A stretch of 63,761 nt of DNA, filler included, from Licmophora abbreviata (lineage: Eukaryota): assembly GCA_900291995.1 (NCBI GenBank). It is 10 parts of 10 records of this genome, joined end to end, with 100 filler letters (N's around TTAATTAATTAA, not from the genome) between each part and the next. Parts side by side here need not be neighbours in the genome. Positions count along the whole stretch, not along the records: positions 41,313 to 56,806 come from OLMU01004471.1; positions 56,907 to 62,587 come from OLMU01004476.1; 8 more parts are not named here. The stretch is one strand, 5' to 3'. The position numbers were made by a program, and so were the translations under genes. The notes below the pieces were generated by a model, which ran no database searches, had not been told where the DNA came from, and was given only the letters and a program-made list of their open reading frames with translations. Positions within the stretch are counted from its first letter, which is position 1; the number at the start of each line of letters is the position of its first letter. Shown here piece after piece: positions 47,421-59,264 of the stretch.

Positions 47421-48338
47421 AAACTCGACGGTGTATCGATACCCGAGTTTGACGTGCGTGCGTACCGTGTGATGTGGCACGTGGCCCTAACTCGGCAAGC
47501 AGGAGGTAGAAGGTGTCTTGAAACTGTATTCCATGACAGGCAACACGACAATGGTCGACCTAGGTCTGCTGGTCATCTTATAGTTAATCTGGTTCTCATT
47601 TCCGGAAGGTGATTAATATTGCTCGTGTGCTCAGAAGACTCGACTCTGTCCGCACGAACGAAGGGGGGCTAGAGACAGAGGAGATAAAATCCCACGCTGG
47701 GGAATCCATCATTTGAGGCAGCCTCGCCCATCGCGAAACCTGAAGCGCATATCAGCCACACTTTATTTTCTCCTCCTTGTCTTGCCTACAAGACGTTTGT
47801 CTACGAGATGCATCGGTCTGCACCGGTCTGATCGACCTAAACTCTCACGTTGTGTTGTCGAGCAGTCTGCACGCCGTCCTCCGCGCGGCAGTTCAGCATC
47901 GTAATTTGTTATTTGTTATTTCCCCTCTCCCGCACGCTGGCGCGCGAGTCGTGCCTCTACTAGCCCCCATGTAGACTGTACGGAGAGCCCCTTTCAGTAC
48001 ATAGCTCTCGTAGATCCAGGTTGAACGAGGTTGACACCAAAGATATCAGACTCGATTCTCACTCTATAAAAGAGTTACTCTTGTTGCTTCTTGTTGGTAA
48101 GTGTCAACCTGGTGAAGGCATACCGACTACCGTTGCCATCTGGCAATGTGGAGGAATGTCGAGTGAACTAAGTGTTGTTAGGAGATGAGAGACAATGCAG
48201 TGGCAGATATTGACGTGTTCATGTGGCCTTGCTCGACGTTGTTTCCCGGTGTTTGAAAGTTTCCTCTAGGGCCTCCTTTTGACTGACGCTTAATTCTCGC
48301 TTTCCGGATCTCTTGCAGAGGAAACCCGCGCGATAACC

Positions 48339-48773
48339 ATGAAGACGTTTATTATCGCTATGCTATCCACCCTTGCGGTCGTGTCCGCTTTTGCTCCTCC
48401 AGCTTCTCAACACACCAGTACAGTGGTCCTAAACGCCGCGCAGCCGACGTCACGCAAGGCCTTCCTTTCAACGGCTGCACTATCTGTCTTCGGAGCTGCC
48501 CTTGCCCGTCCCGGTATCGCTAGTGCTGGAACCATGGCTCAGGACTTCGTGTCGGACCCTACCGAACGGTGGGAAACCGGGGCTCCTACCCCCGCCGCGG
48601 CCGAGGCACGCAAGGAGCGTTTCGCGAATGCTCGTACCCAAATGACATCGAGCTTCCCACCCATCAAGCGCCTCACGCTAGAGCGCAAGTCTCCCGTTAC
48701 TCGTCTCGACATTAACGCACCCAACTTTGAAGCTTACAAGAAGTCGTACCCCGGACTTTACAAGAAGATCTAG
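48339..48773 (+). CDS. Small plastid protein, probably thylakoid-lumen targeted
   Basis: Signal peptide + VSA-FAP, transit peptide, SRKAFL + hydrophobic stretch + ASA cleavage site; probable 5'-UTR intron ending at 48318. Confidence 0.85.
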   Translation: MKTFIIAMLSTLAVVSAFAPPASQHTSTVVLNAAQPTSRKAFLSTAALSVFGAALARPGIASAGTMAQDFVSDPTERWETGAPTPAAAEARKERFANARTQMTSSFPPIKRLTLERKSPVTRLDINAPNFEAYKKSYPGLYKKI

Positions 48774-49242
48774 TCGAACCTGCGTGAATGTAGTGTGAGA
48801 TGCAAACAAAACAGTCGCACCGTTGGCAGCCGAGGACGACGAAGTGCAATCTCAAAACGAAATGCTGCTGCCTCTGTCTAGTATCTTGTGCAGCGCTTAA
48901 AACTTACTAGACGAGTGTGCGTTGACGCCTCGAGTCGATCCTCTACTAGCTAGCCGAGGAGTCCCGACCACTCGAGCGAACTCGACATAGGGGGCATCAT
49001 TTCGCTGGCAAAAAGACCAGCTGCGAGCACAAAGGCATAAGAGGAATCAAGTTTGCACTGCATGACATTATTTACAAAAACATAAACAGATATACTTTGA
49101 ATAAGTGTACAAGTACCCTGATGGCACCGGAATGAAAATTTGAGCTCGAGCGTATCAGCATGTATCGAACGAATCCAACTATGTTCAACAAAAGGACCTT
49201 GTCACCCCCATCCTGGACCTAGTCTGGTTCGAGGATTCGTGA

Positions 49243-49992
49243 CTAGAGGTCGGCGGTTTGCTCGTACGAATGATCGTAGTGGATCGGGTGGATCAGCTCG
49301 CCCGTCCTTGCGTCGACGTACATGTTGTCATCCTCCATGACAGCCCTCCAGTCCCACCTGAAAAACGGAGAGAAAAGGTTAGATCATAGATTAGCGAGCA
49401 GGACACAGAAACCCATGCAAGTCTAGCCAAGACCGATGTAGCTAATCGCTCAACAGCAACGGAAATGATCTCGAGCCTCTCCAGAAACTGAGGCATATTG
49501 TGTCAACACGTACCCTTCCGAAGCAAACTCGATCGAATTTCGTGTAGCATTTTCATGTATCTCTAGGGCATTGGACCACAGTCTTGACCGCACTCGGTTA
49601 GAGTATTCTCCTCGCATAGGAATGGGAACCACATTGACCCTGTCGTCAAAGGAGATCCGTTTCTTACTAGACTTGCTGGTGTCATGGTGAGCCTCGCCGT
49701 CGTCGTCCGGTTTCCGTTTTGGCGAGAATCTGCGATCGTCCATGGAATTGTATTTGAGACTTTCTTCGAATGGGGTAGTTTGCTTCTGTCGAGGATGAAT
49801 CCATTCCTTGTCAAGGACTGGAGATGGCTTGGGTGGCGTAGCAGCGGCGAAGGATGGTGACGTCGTTCCGTCTATACCTATCATGTTGAAGAACTTGCTC
49901 CGAACCTCCTGAGAAGTCGCTGGCTTTATTACAGGCACTGATGGAGGCACAGTCATAGTCTGAACAGGCATTACAGTGTCAGGTTTGCTCAT
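49243..49992 (-). CDS. Hypothetical protein with KRISF motif; exons 49992-49514, 49357-49243
   Basis: KRISFDDRVNVVPIP..YS..LW...N..RN..EF..EG/WDWR joined across a GTACGT..TTTCAG intron. Confidence 0.75.
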
Positions 49993-50622
49993 AGTTCTTG
50001 GAAGGGGAGCAACAAGTCTTGTTTTGCTTTGCTGTCGTACCAGGTAAGCTCGTTCCAAGTTCCAAACTTCCGATGAATGGCATCGCCACAAGACCACGAG
50101 CATCGCACATTGAACATCATCAGAGCGAGCATCGACGCGCTGTCAGCTTGCGCCACGCAAGATCTACACGCACCGTGGTACGTCTTAATGAACACGTTTC
50201 ACACTTATTTATTTACTAGTGATGAGCCCGCTCCTGACTTACGGCGGTACATGCGAGCTAAATAGTTTTCAACATCGTTGTAGAGCTCGCAATTTATTTA
50301 GCCGACAACGAACCGATAGAGACACAGGTATGATGCAGATACTACTCGGAGTAGTATCTGCACCTGTGATAGAGACTACGAGTACGATGGTTTACCTGTA
50401 GCCATCATCAAGCTACCGGTACCGGTAGACTAACTCGACTCTCTAGCCTCCAGTCTGCCGTAGAGAGAAATGGCCCCCATCAATCTGGGTCCCTATGAGA
50501 TATAATGCGAACCACAGTGGGGCTACTGGTAACTGTAACTGTGCAACAGGAAGAGTTGATATGATGAAATCTAACGTATTGATTACAACTAGTCCCGAGC
50601 CATCGACTGTGACGGTCACCTC

Positions 50623-52506
50623 TCACGCAGGCAGCGTGCTTGTGCCGCGTTCTCGCAGGTTGGATGGGGCAGACGGTTTGGCATGGGCTCGTTCACGTAG
50701 GTTTCCCTTGTTGTGGACTTGTCCCAGAGGTTTTGTTCGTTTCTTCTTCCCCGGAAGACGAGGATAGTTTGATGAAGCACCGAATCGATTTTCGACCAGA
50801 GTTTGCTCTTCCTGCTTCTTCATCCGTTTCATGTGCATTTCATGGTCCTTGTATTCGTTCCATTCGTCATCCTGGCGCTTCATCACTTCGAGGTAGACCT
50901 CTGAGTGGTACCAAAAGTCCTCTTCCGTAGTATTTTTCCAGTCGTGTAGCTTATCTTCCAACAGGCGCGTCAGCTTTGGCAGCTCTTTCTTGATGCGACG
51001 TCCCATTTTCTCCTCCTCCATCAGCTGCTTGGTGAGCGCTGCACCTCGTTGTTTCAGCCGGTTCGGGTCTTTCTGCAGCTTCTCGTATTCTGTACGCTCG
51101 CGAAGTATGTCCTCACGTCGCTCAATCATTTTGAGAATAGGTCTCATTCTCTCCAACCGAGCTTGAAGAACTTGAATGTACTCTTCGTGCTTCTCCAGAA
51201 GCTCGTCGTTGAAAAGCTCCTTCATCTGCACATAGAATGGTTCGAAGCCCTTTCGTTGTTCCTCACGCGCGTTAGTCTCATCCCACAGCTCCTTGATCGT
51301 GTCGCGAGCATCAGCCACAAGCTTTCCTAGCATTTTCTTCTTTAGAACTTGGAGGCGTTCGAGCTCGGCTGCTCCTTTCTCGATCGTATCGAGACCAAGA
51401 CCTTGGACGCTTTCCGTGAACGCGCGCTGCTCCTCCTCGGAGATTCGAAGCTTTTCCCACAGCATGGCAATCGTTGCTCCCATTTCTTGAAGCCTCGTTT
51501 TCCGTCGTCTCTTTTCCCCGCTGAGATCGGACAATCGAGTCGTCAGCTCCTCCATCGCCGCCGAGCTAATTCCAGTGCACATGTCTGTCTTGAATTTTGA
51601 AGCCATGATGAAACTTCCGTTCTTAGAGCGCACCAAACTCCCTGCGATTTGACGATCCAGATCAATGCCGTTCTTGTCGGTCGGAATGCGCAAGTCATGC
51701 AGCAGATGTTGACAGTCTCGTAGAAGCTGAATGATAGCGGAGGTGCGGGTACTCAACTCGTCTTTCATGTCGGAGAGTTTCCGATGAAACTCTTCTCTTC
51801 TTTCAGCCGTCAGGTCCGTCTCGATGTCTCTCCACTTTGGATCCATCTCCAGTCCAAGAGCTTCGTGAGCCTCAACTAACTCGTCGCGGCACTCCTTGAG
51901 ATCAGCTCGTGCAACGTTGGCAGCACTGCGAAGGCTCTCCAGAGCGGTTTCAAGAGTCGACAGTTCATCGGTCAAGGTTACACCGTGACTCTCACGCAGA
52001 AGCTGAGGATCCACGAGCGTCTTCAATGCCTGGCCAGTAGTCTGAAGCTCCTCCTTTGCGTCCGCAATAGTTTGACGAAATGTTTCCTCGACTCCACGTT
52101 CTTCAGCGACTTTTCTATCACACAGATCGCGAAACTTGACCATCAGATCTGAGAGCTGAGAAGCCCGTTCCTCTGGGTTGTACCCGACTACATCCCATAT
52201 CTCCTCCAGCTGATGAGCAGTCGAGGACGCCAGGGTTGTTAGAGACTCGCCGATAGTGCGGGACGGGGAGAGAAGAATCATGCTCTGTGTTTGGTCGCCC
52301 TTGGGCGTCAGTATCATGGAAGGCGTCCGCATGACAGGATGGAATGCGGACTGTCCTCCTCGACTGGTCCTGTTGGCGCGACCACTGGAAAGAGGACTCT
52401 TGCCACGAGCCAGAGGAGACGGGGTAGGACCTCCGGCCAGGGCAAAGCTGACACCAAGCGACGTCGAAGCAGATTTTGATGCAATTTTATGTGGATTCTC
52501 GTTCAT
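50623..52506 (-). CDS. MAP65/ASE1/PRC1 microtubule-bundling protein
   Basis: LEEIWDVVG, LWEKL, ELWDE, KDPNRL..RG....LMEEEK..RIKKELPKL; long coiled coil. Confidence 0.9.
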   Translation of the reverse strand: MNENPHKIASKSASTSLGVSFALAGGPTPSPLARGKSPLSSGRANRTSRGGQSAFHPVMRTPSMILTPKGDQTQSMILLSPSRTIGESLTTLASSTAHQLEEIWDVVGYNPEERASQLSDLMVKFRDLCDRKVAEERGVEETFRQTIADAKEELQTTGQALKTLVDPQLLRESHGVTLTDELSTLETALESLRSAANVARADLKECRDELVEAHEALGLEMDPKWRDIETDLTAERREEFHRKLSDMKDELSTRTSAIIQLLRDCQHLLHDLRIPTDKNGIDLDRQIAGSLVRSKNGSFIMASKFKTDMCTGISSAAMEELTTRLSDLSGEKRRRKTRLQEMGATIAMLWEKLRISEEEQRAFTESVQGLGLDTIEKGAAELERLQVLKKKMLGKLVADARDTIKELWDETNAREEQRKGFEPFYVQMKELFNDELLEKHEEYIQVLQARLERMRPILKMIERREDILRERTEYEKLQKDPNRLKQRGAALTKQLMEEEKMGRRIKKELPKLTRLLEDKLHDWKNTTEEDFWYHSEVYLEVMKRQDDEWNEYKDHEMHMKRMKKQEEQTLVENRFGASSNYPRLPGKKKRTKPLGQVHNKGNLRERAHAKPSAPSNLRERGTSTLPA

Positions 52507-53267
52507 AGTCGCTCTGTGGTGCTGACACTTCAGATCGACACTGGCGATGTTAACGCCAAGAGAGAAAGTGTAGAGAGAGGGACTGGTGCCTGTCTAACGG
52601 TACAATGCGTCTTCTCTTGAGACAATCGACGGCTTGGAGGATGTTCTTCGCATGGGCGAGGCTTTCATGACATATTCAAACGACAGCTTTCGGAGTTTTT
52701 CTAACGGCCATTTTCCCACTATAACAGAGTATTAATTTATGAAGAATTTTTATTTAATGATATTCTCGGCGCGCCATGGGCCACACGATGTGACGTTGAC
52801 GCGCGTGCGAAATGGCTGATGTTTGTTGCCATTGACCTTATTCGTGGACCACACTCAAGCGACGACCTTCGGTTTTCTCGTCGTCCCAGTTCAATCCAGT
52901 CCGCCTTTGACGCCTTCAGAAGGACCTGTCTGGGCATCTGCCACTTTTGAATCTAGTCCCCTAAATTTGGTACGAAAATCACTTTCGTCTCTCTGTCTCG
53001 CTAACATTGACGTTGCGCTAGCTTCGCGTGCGGAGGTTATACGAAAAGAGGACGTCTGAACAAAGCCGCCAGCTCCGTTTCATGGGCTACAACGACAAAT
53101 GTTCTGCCTCTCATGGGGAGGATTTCTGTTCCTGCCTTTACGAGAGATCACAACTAATTTTGACTGACTCTTCCCCTGACTCTTCTCTCTCCGTCTCCAG
53201 GAAGGGTTATCTACAAACATCAATTCATTCCGCGGTAGTCTAGCAATCTTAGCTCATTCTAACAATC

Positions 53268-53757
53268 ATGGGAAAGGGCTCTAATGTTCAGAAGGCCCAA
53301 GCCGCACGTACGTAGACTCCACGAAAGGGAAAGTCTGGTTGCAATGTGTTTGGCCGCTGGTTGCGCTTATCTCTCTTTTGTTCCTGTGTCACCATCACCA
53401 GGCGAGAGGAACCAAAAGAAGATGGGAAAGTCGGACGAAGAGCGCAAAGCGGCTTCTGCAAAGGCGAAGAATGATGCGGAAGCATTCATGTGCAAACTTT
53501 GTCGACAGACATTCATGATCAACTCCAAACCACCGCAGCTCTACCTGCACGTCACGGCGAAACACGAGGTTGGAACAGACCCTACCAGTTGCTTTGAGGT
53601 ACTGAAGGATTTCGATCCGAATGACCCCAAGGGCTTAAAGAAAGCAGCCGGCGCATCGTCTTCTGGGCAGACAAAGAAGAAGGCCGCGAAGAAAGATGAC
53701 AATCTTGACAGCCTTCTAGACGCTGGCTTGACCTTGGGAAAGAAGAAGAAGAAATGA
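53268..53757 (+). CDS. Small C2H2 zinc-finger protein (ZNF706/4F5-like); exons 53268-53307, 53402-53757
   Basis: MGKGSNVQKAQAARERNQKK...CKLCRQTF......LYLHVTAKH...CF. Confidence 0.85.
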
Positions 53758-54104
53758 AGGACGTTCCCTTGTGTCGAATTCCGCGTGAACGCGTCAAAAG
53801 TGTGTGCCCATCCTACAGGCGCTAGAGGCCACTAGTCAGCGCTGTCTAGCTAGAGTAGGATCATTATGGTTTCTTATTATTCCGTGACAAGTTTACTCGC
53901 GTCTTCCTCCTGTGGACAAACCGTATTCCCACTCCTCTGGAATCATTGGTGGTCCTTCCTCATCGTGCTAGAGGATATTCTGTACCTTGCAATCCCTGGT
54001 ACGCTTTTCTAAGAGTGACTTTGGTGAGTCCCTATAGAATCCATCCAACGAGATAGTTCAAAAAGTGCTACAGAGCAAATATTGCAGTGTTCATTTATTC
54101 AAGC

Positions 54105-54843
54105 TTAGAACCGCAGCTTCTGGAAGAAGTAGGAACTACCCGCTGCCTTCTTCTCGCTAGTAACCTCCTTCTGGTTAAGATAACGATCCTCAAACAACTT
54201 CTTCAGGTTCTTTTTGACGTCACTTCTCTTATCGGTATCCACAAGATCAGCCTCGTCCACAGCCTTCTTCAAATCAAGGTCGACAACATAGCGAGTGGGG
54301 AAGATGTGACGTACATTGACATACTTGATAAACGGCTTCATGACTCGGGAACGCTTTTCAACCTTTTCCTTTGACATTGATCGGGTGACCTTTCGTGGTT
54401 GGCGCGCAATCCCGGCAATGAGACAGTGTGAAAAGCGTTTGTCACTGTTTCCGTCATCAAACGTCTTGACGACAACAGCCTTCTTGCCGGCATGACGCCC
54501 AGCAAGCACAATAACAACTTTTCCAGACTCTGTAGTAGCAGAAAATGAGCAAGGTGATGAGTCACAAGTATGAGAATTGTAAAAAGTAGGAGGACTGATC
54601 CCTCCTTCAGCCTCTTTGGTGTCCCGCAGTCGCCACAGGTGGTGCACGAATAGGATCAACGGGTTCTGGGCTCCCAGGAACATGGATGCCATGGCAAAAA
54701 CGACCGAGCTTTCTTCTTTCGTTCGTCAAACTTCATTCTCGCTATATCTTCCTTCCAACTATTCATTGATGCCTCTTTGAAGACGCTTTATCACAACGAA
54801 CCGCAAGAAGCGATGATGTAAACCACTCACTGATGATCGCCAT
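54105..54843 (-). CDS. RPL27: 60S ribosomal protein eL27; exons 54843-54831, 54529-54105 (301-bp intron)
   Basis: MAIIK/SGKVVIVLAGRHAGKKAVVV...PFIKYVNVRHIFPTRY...FFQKLRF. Confidence 0.97.
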
Positions 54844-55114
54844 CTTGAAATCACAAAATATAGTACGGCGAGTGCGTGCTGTGCGGCTGCCGAAAGGGCT
54901 CTTTCGCTCGTAGAAACTATACTGCGGATGGCGTATGAAAAATCACGTAACCGGTAAAGAGTAAACAGTTCGAGGTCAACATCATGAAACAACATCACAG
55001 AGCTCGACACGTCAAACATTGGTTCGTCGTTGATGAACATGGTGAACCTATCTTGTCTTCAGTCTTCAGCAACCATCATCGATACATCTGTGTTCATAAT
55101 CGCCCCTTTGTGCG

Positions 55115-55711
55115 ATGCAAGCAAGCATCTCGAACGATAGGCTTTACGAAGAGTTTAGCGGTGAAAATTTCGGGAAGATGGGCCAGAAACCAAAGAGCGC
55201 CCCACGGTTGTTTCACCCGTCCCTGAGCAAGATTCCTTTGCAAGTACGCTTCGGAATCGCGGGTCTTTTGAGCAATGTCATCTTCATGATCCTCTTCAAT
55301 GGCGCAGTCAGTAAGCTGGAACACATGTACGCAGCTTCCAGCATTTATTCGGTTGTATACTTCTTTTTCATTCCTCTCAGTCATTCACTGACGTGCGGAT
55401 TGGTGTTTGGCTGGCCGGAAAAGTACGTTCAGTCTCTTGCTTCCAATTATCCGATTGGTTTGACGGCCATACTTATTGGGGCAGCTTGCACGGCCTATCT
55501 TGATCGCATTGGTTTCAACGAAATGGTGGAAGACTTCATCCGAGCGCACCTCACTTTCGCACACATCGACGAGGTTGCGACGGACGAAGACGAAAAGGGG
55601 GAGTTCTACTCGTCACTGCTGGTGCTCATGATAACGTCGATCTGGAGTTATGTACTGTCCGTTATGGTCAATACACCGTCGGAATCAGTGGACGACAAGA
55701 AGGAACTTTGA
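55115..55711 (+). CDS. GtrA-like multi-TM membrane protein
   Basis: VRFGIAGLLSNVIF opening motif and about four TM segments. Confidence 0.55.
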   Translation: MQASISNDRLYEEFSGENFGKMGQKPKSAPRLFHPSLSKIPLQVRFGIAGLLSNVIFMILFNGAVSKLEHMYAASSIYSVVYFFFIPLSHSLTCGLVFGWPEKYVQSLASNYPIGLTAILIGAACTAYLDRIGFNEMVEDFIRAHLTFAHIDEVATDEDEKGEFYSSLLVLMITSIWSYVLSVMVNTPSESVDDKKEL

Positions 55712-55892
55712 TTGGGCCTATCGCTGTCGGGTGGCGTCCTATCGGTGATCTTTCTGACGTTACATCGTTGCATTCCCGTACGCAGCATCTAGCGGCTATA
55801 ACTGAGAGGACACACTCAATCCCATTTAGCGAAGTTGCCATGACATGAAGAAATTCACTCTGTATTCTCTACTGTATTCTGATCTCTCTTCT

Positions 55893-56806
55893 TTAGATCT
55901 GTTCGTCCAAAGTTTCGATCGGGATGTCGCCTGCCTCGTCGCCGCCAGAGGCAACCGCTCCATGACCCTTGTATTCTTCAACGCAGTTCGCAGTTAGGAT
56001 GGCCGAGCAAAGGAGGGAAATCCAGCTAAAGTAGTACAAGTTGCCAAGGGGCGCACCTGGTCCCTTTGCAGACGTTAGGAACGCAACACCAAAGCCAGTC
56101 ATGGCCGTGAGGATGAACGACATGCCCGCTTCCAGCATGAACGGAGCTGCGGAAGTAGCAAGCTTCATGCCAACAATGACCAGAGAAAAGACGGTGCCAA
56201 TTGCACTATAGGAGAGTCCGTACGTTGTGCGCGTACAAAACGTATCCGTTTCCACCCGTGGGCTGCACTGCTGATCAAAGATCTTGGCGCAGGCGCCCAT
56301 GACAATCATAAGCGAGGCAAGAAGCGCCGACCATGCAGTAAGACGAGCAGCACGGCTTTTCATTTCTCCTGGGACGTCGACACCGAAGACTCCGCGGAGG
56401 TAGGAAACCATGAGTAAGACCGAGGTGACAAAGCCCGCCCTGTTGATAGAAGTTTGGAAACGGGAGGTCAGAAAGGGAGCGCAGAGAACTCCGATCCTCA
56501 ACACACCGGGACGTGTCTTACCACGAGAAATAGTAGAGATTGCCGTTGTCAACCGTTCCATCCGAGTTGACCGCCAGTCCATTAGACGCATCACTGACAA
56601 TGGCGACGGTCGCAGCCCAGAAGGCCAAGAGGATAATGCAGATGGCACCTTCTAGCTTTGTGCCAACTACAAAAATTGAGGAGATGGGGTGAAGCTGCAT
56701 GGCGACCACGACGAACGTGATGGAAAAGGTGATTGCAGAACAGGTGACGGCCCAGTTCTGGTTCTTTCTTCCGTCGCTTCCCACGTTGGAGTTTTGGTTT
56801 CTCTGC
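55893..56806 (-). CDS. Multi-pass membrane protein with repeated GNLYYFSW motif; 5' truncated by gap; intron 56521-56440
   Basis: GNLYYFSW occurs twice, each after a TM cluster; the intron keeps the frame. Confidence 0.75.
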
Positions 56807-57239
56807 NNNNNNNNNNNNNNNNNNNNNNNNNNNNNNNNNNNNNNNNNNNNTTAATTAATTAANNNNNNNNNNNNNNNNNNNNNNNNNNNNNNNNNNNNNN
56901 NNNNNNCGCCAAAACCGCGACGAGATCTTTCTCGTGGTGGCGGGAAGCCCGAAGAAATCTTACGTCTCTCCGTCAGCCGTTCGAACAGAAAAACTGGAAG
57001 AGATTTCAACCGATTTTCCATAAAAAAGGAAAAGTCTCTCCGTCGCTCCGACGTGACTGGGAAGCACGACCCACTCTGATGAGAACAGAAAAGAATCAAA
57101 TCACAGATGACGGAGGATGAGAGTGAGTGTAGTGTAGGCAGAGAGGCAGACGCACCTGTGTGATGATGTGGTGCTGTCATCACGGAGAAAAAACGTTCTC
57201 ATAGTTTACCCATCGTGCTCTCGCTCAGTCCGAATCACG

Positions 57240-59189
57240 ATGATGGAAAGCGATGACACCCTGCCCGACGAAGAGTCGCCCCGTGGGGAAACGTCCTCCA
57301 CTGAGAATGGCGAAAGCACGGCGGAACCCGCTCCACCGCCGCCGACAGTCACCAAGATGCTGAGTCTGGCGAGACCCGAGTTCTTCATGCTATTTATCGC
57401 TCTTATCTTAATGATCGCTGCCGAAGTCGCAAACTTACTCAATCCGGTGATTCTCGCAGAGGCATACGACGCCTTGGTCGACCCCACGCTGACTTCTTCC
57501 GAACGCATGTCGGAAATCAACAGGACCATGATTACTGTTTTAGTCGTGCACATGGCAGGGGTTCTGGCCGGCTTCTGTCGAGGAGCTATCATGTCGACAG
57601 CCGGTGAACGTGTTGTCGCAAGGCTTCGGAATAAGCTCTACTCCTCTATCCTCAAACAAGAGATTGCCTTCTTTGACGAACACAAGACTGGAGAGCTCGT
57701 GTCACGCCTGGGATCGGATACCACCTTGATTCAGCAAGCTACTTCAATGGCTGTTCCGGAAGTCATGATGGGAGTAGTCAAGCTATGCGCTGCGTTGGGC
57801 ATCATGTTTTGGATCAGCTATTCGCTAGCAGGTCTTACGCTTGCTGCTGTCTTTGTCATATTTGTCGTTTGCCTACCCATGGGCTCCGTGCTCGGTCGTC
57901 TATCCAAGACCTACCAGGACGCCTTGAGCGAGGCTCAGACTCGTTCGACAGAGGCACTGGGTGCCATGAGAACAGTTCAGTCATTTGCAGCAGAAGACCG
58001 GGAGCTCTTCCGATTCCGTGAAAAGATAGGCGACCCTGGTGAACACAAGTTCTGGTATCCCAACGGCCATCGGACGCACACGACAACCTACTCGGCTGGC
58101 TACTTCAAGGCGATTGCAAACACTGGCTTTTTCAGTTGGATTTTTGGATTGGGCTTTGGGGCACTCTACACTAGTTTATGGTACGGATTCAAGCTCGTGA
58201 ATGACGGCGAACTAACGCTCGGTGACCTTGTTGCCTTCCAAAGCTACATCTTTCAGATTGGTGGTGGGCTGGCTCAGACGAGCAACTACATTTCGCAGGT
58301 GATTACGGCGCGAGGTGCTTCAGGTCGTGTCTTTCAGCTCTTGGAACGAGCACCTGCCATTCCAGGGGTGCACGAAAAAGATGAAGAGCCGCAGGAACCA
58401 CATGCTCCACCCACCATGGAGGGCTCCATCGAGATGAACAATGTTTCTTTCGCCTATCCATCTCGTCCAGACATTCCTGTCCTTTGCGAGTTCTCACTGT
58501 CGGTGCCTCCCGGTACAACGTGCGCACTCGTCGGACACTCTGGGTGCGGCAAATCCACTGTAGTGTCGCTGTTGCAACGCTTCTACGACGTAGATTCTGG
58601 ATCTATTCAAATTGACGGATGCGATATTCGAAACCTGGATCTCCATTGGCTCCGAAGTAACATCGGCTTTGTACAGCAGGAACCTCAACTCTTTGGAATT
58701 ACCGTCCGAGAAAACATTTGCTATGGCATTGACCGGAAAGTCACGCAAGAAGAAATGGAGCGCGTCTGCATGGAGGCGAATGCGCACGACTTTATTACCA
58801 AGTGGCCAATGGGCTATGATACGCTCGTGGGGGAAAGGGGTGTCAAGATGAGCGGGGGTCAGAAGCAGAGAATTTCGATTGCCAGAGCCTTGCTTGTGGA
58901 TCCTCGAATTCTACTTTTGGATGAAGCGACATCAGCGCTCGATTCTGAGTCTGAGTATCTCGTCCAAGAGGCTATTGACAAAGCAGTCGTCGGCCGGACT
59001 GTCCTGATCGTGGCTCATCGATTGTCGACTATTCAGAATGCCCAACAGATCGTTGTGCTCGACAACCACCGCATTGTAGATGTTGGTGCTCATGGTGCTC
59101 TCCTGGAAAGGTGCACCAAGTACCAAGAGCTAATCAAGAGGCAGAGTTTGGTTCAGAGGAAGGGGGCTGATCCTGGCGTGACGCAGTAG
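57240..59189 (+). CDS. ABCB-family half transporter (TAP/MDL/ABCB10-like)
   Basis: TMD followed by GHSGCGKST, MSGGQKQR, LLLDEATSALD, AHRLST. Confidence 0.95.
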   Translation: MMESDDTLPDEESPRGETSSTENGESTAEPAPPPPTVTKMLSLARPEFFMLFIALILMIAAEVANLLNPVILAEAYDALVDPTLTSSERMSEINRTMITVLVVHMAGVLAGFCRGAIMSTAGERVVARLRNKLYSSILKQEIAFFDEHKTGELVSRLGSDTTLIQQATSMAVPEVMMGVVKLCAALGIMFWISYSLAGLTLAAVFVIFVVCLPMGSVLGRLSKTYQDALSEAQTRSTEALGAMRTVQSFAAEDRELFRFREKIGDPGEHKFWYPNGHRTHTTTYSAGYFKAIANTGFFSWIFGLGFGALYTSLWYGFKLVNDGELTLGDLVAFQSYIFQIGGGLAQTSNYISQVITARGASGRVFQLLERAPAIPGVHEKDEEPQEPHAPPTMEGSIEMNNVSFAYPSRPDIPVLCEFSLSVPPGTTCALVGHSGCGKSTVVSLLQRFYDVDSGSIQIDGCDIRNLDLHWLRSNIGFVQQEPQLFGITVRENICYGIDRKVTQEEMERVCMEANAHDFITKWPMGYDTLVGERGVKMSGGQKQRISIARALLVDPRILLLDEATSALDSESEYLVQEAIDKAVVGRTVLIVAHRLSTIQNAQQIVVLDNHRIVDVGAHGALLERCTKYQELIKRQSLVQRKGADPGVTQ

Positions 59190-59264
59190 ACTGCCAGATT
59201 GGACGATTTTGGCAGTGATTTTTACATAAGCTCAATAGACGTATTCTGAATATGTTGCTTCATT

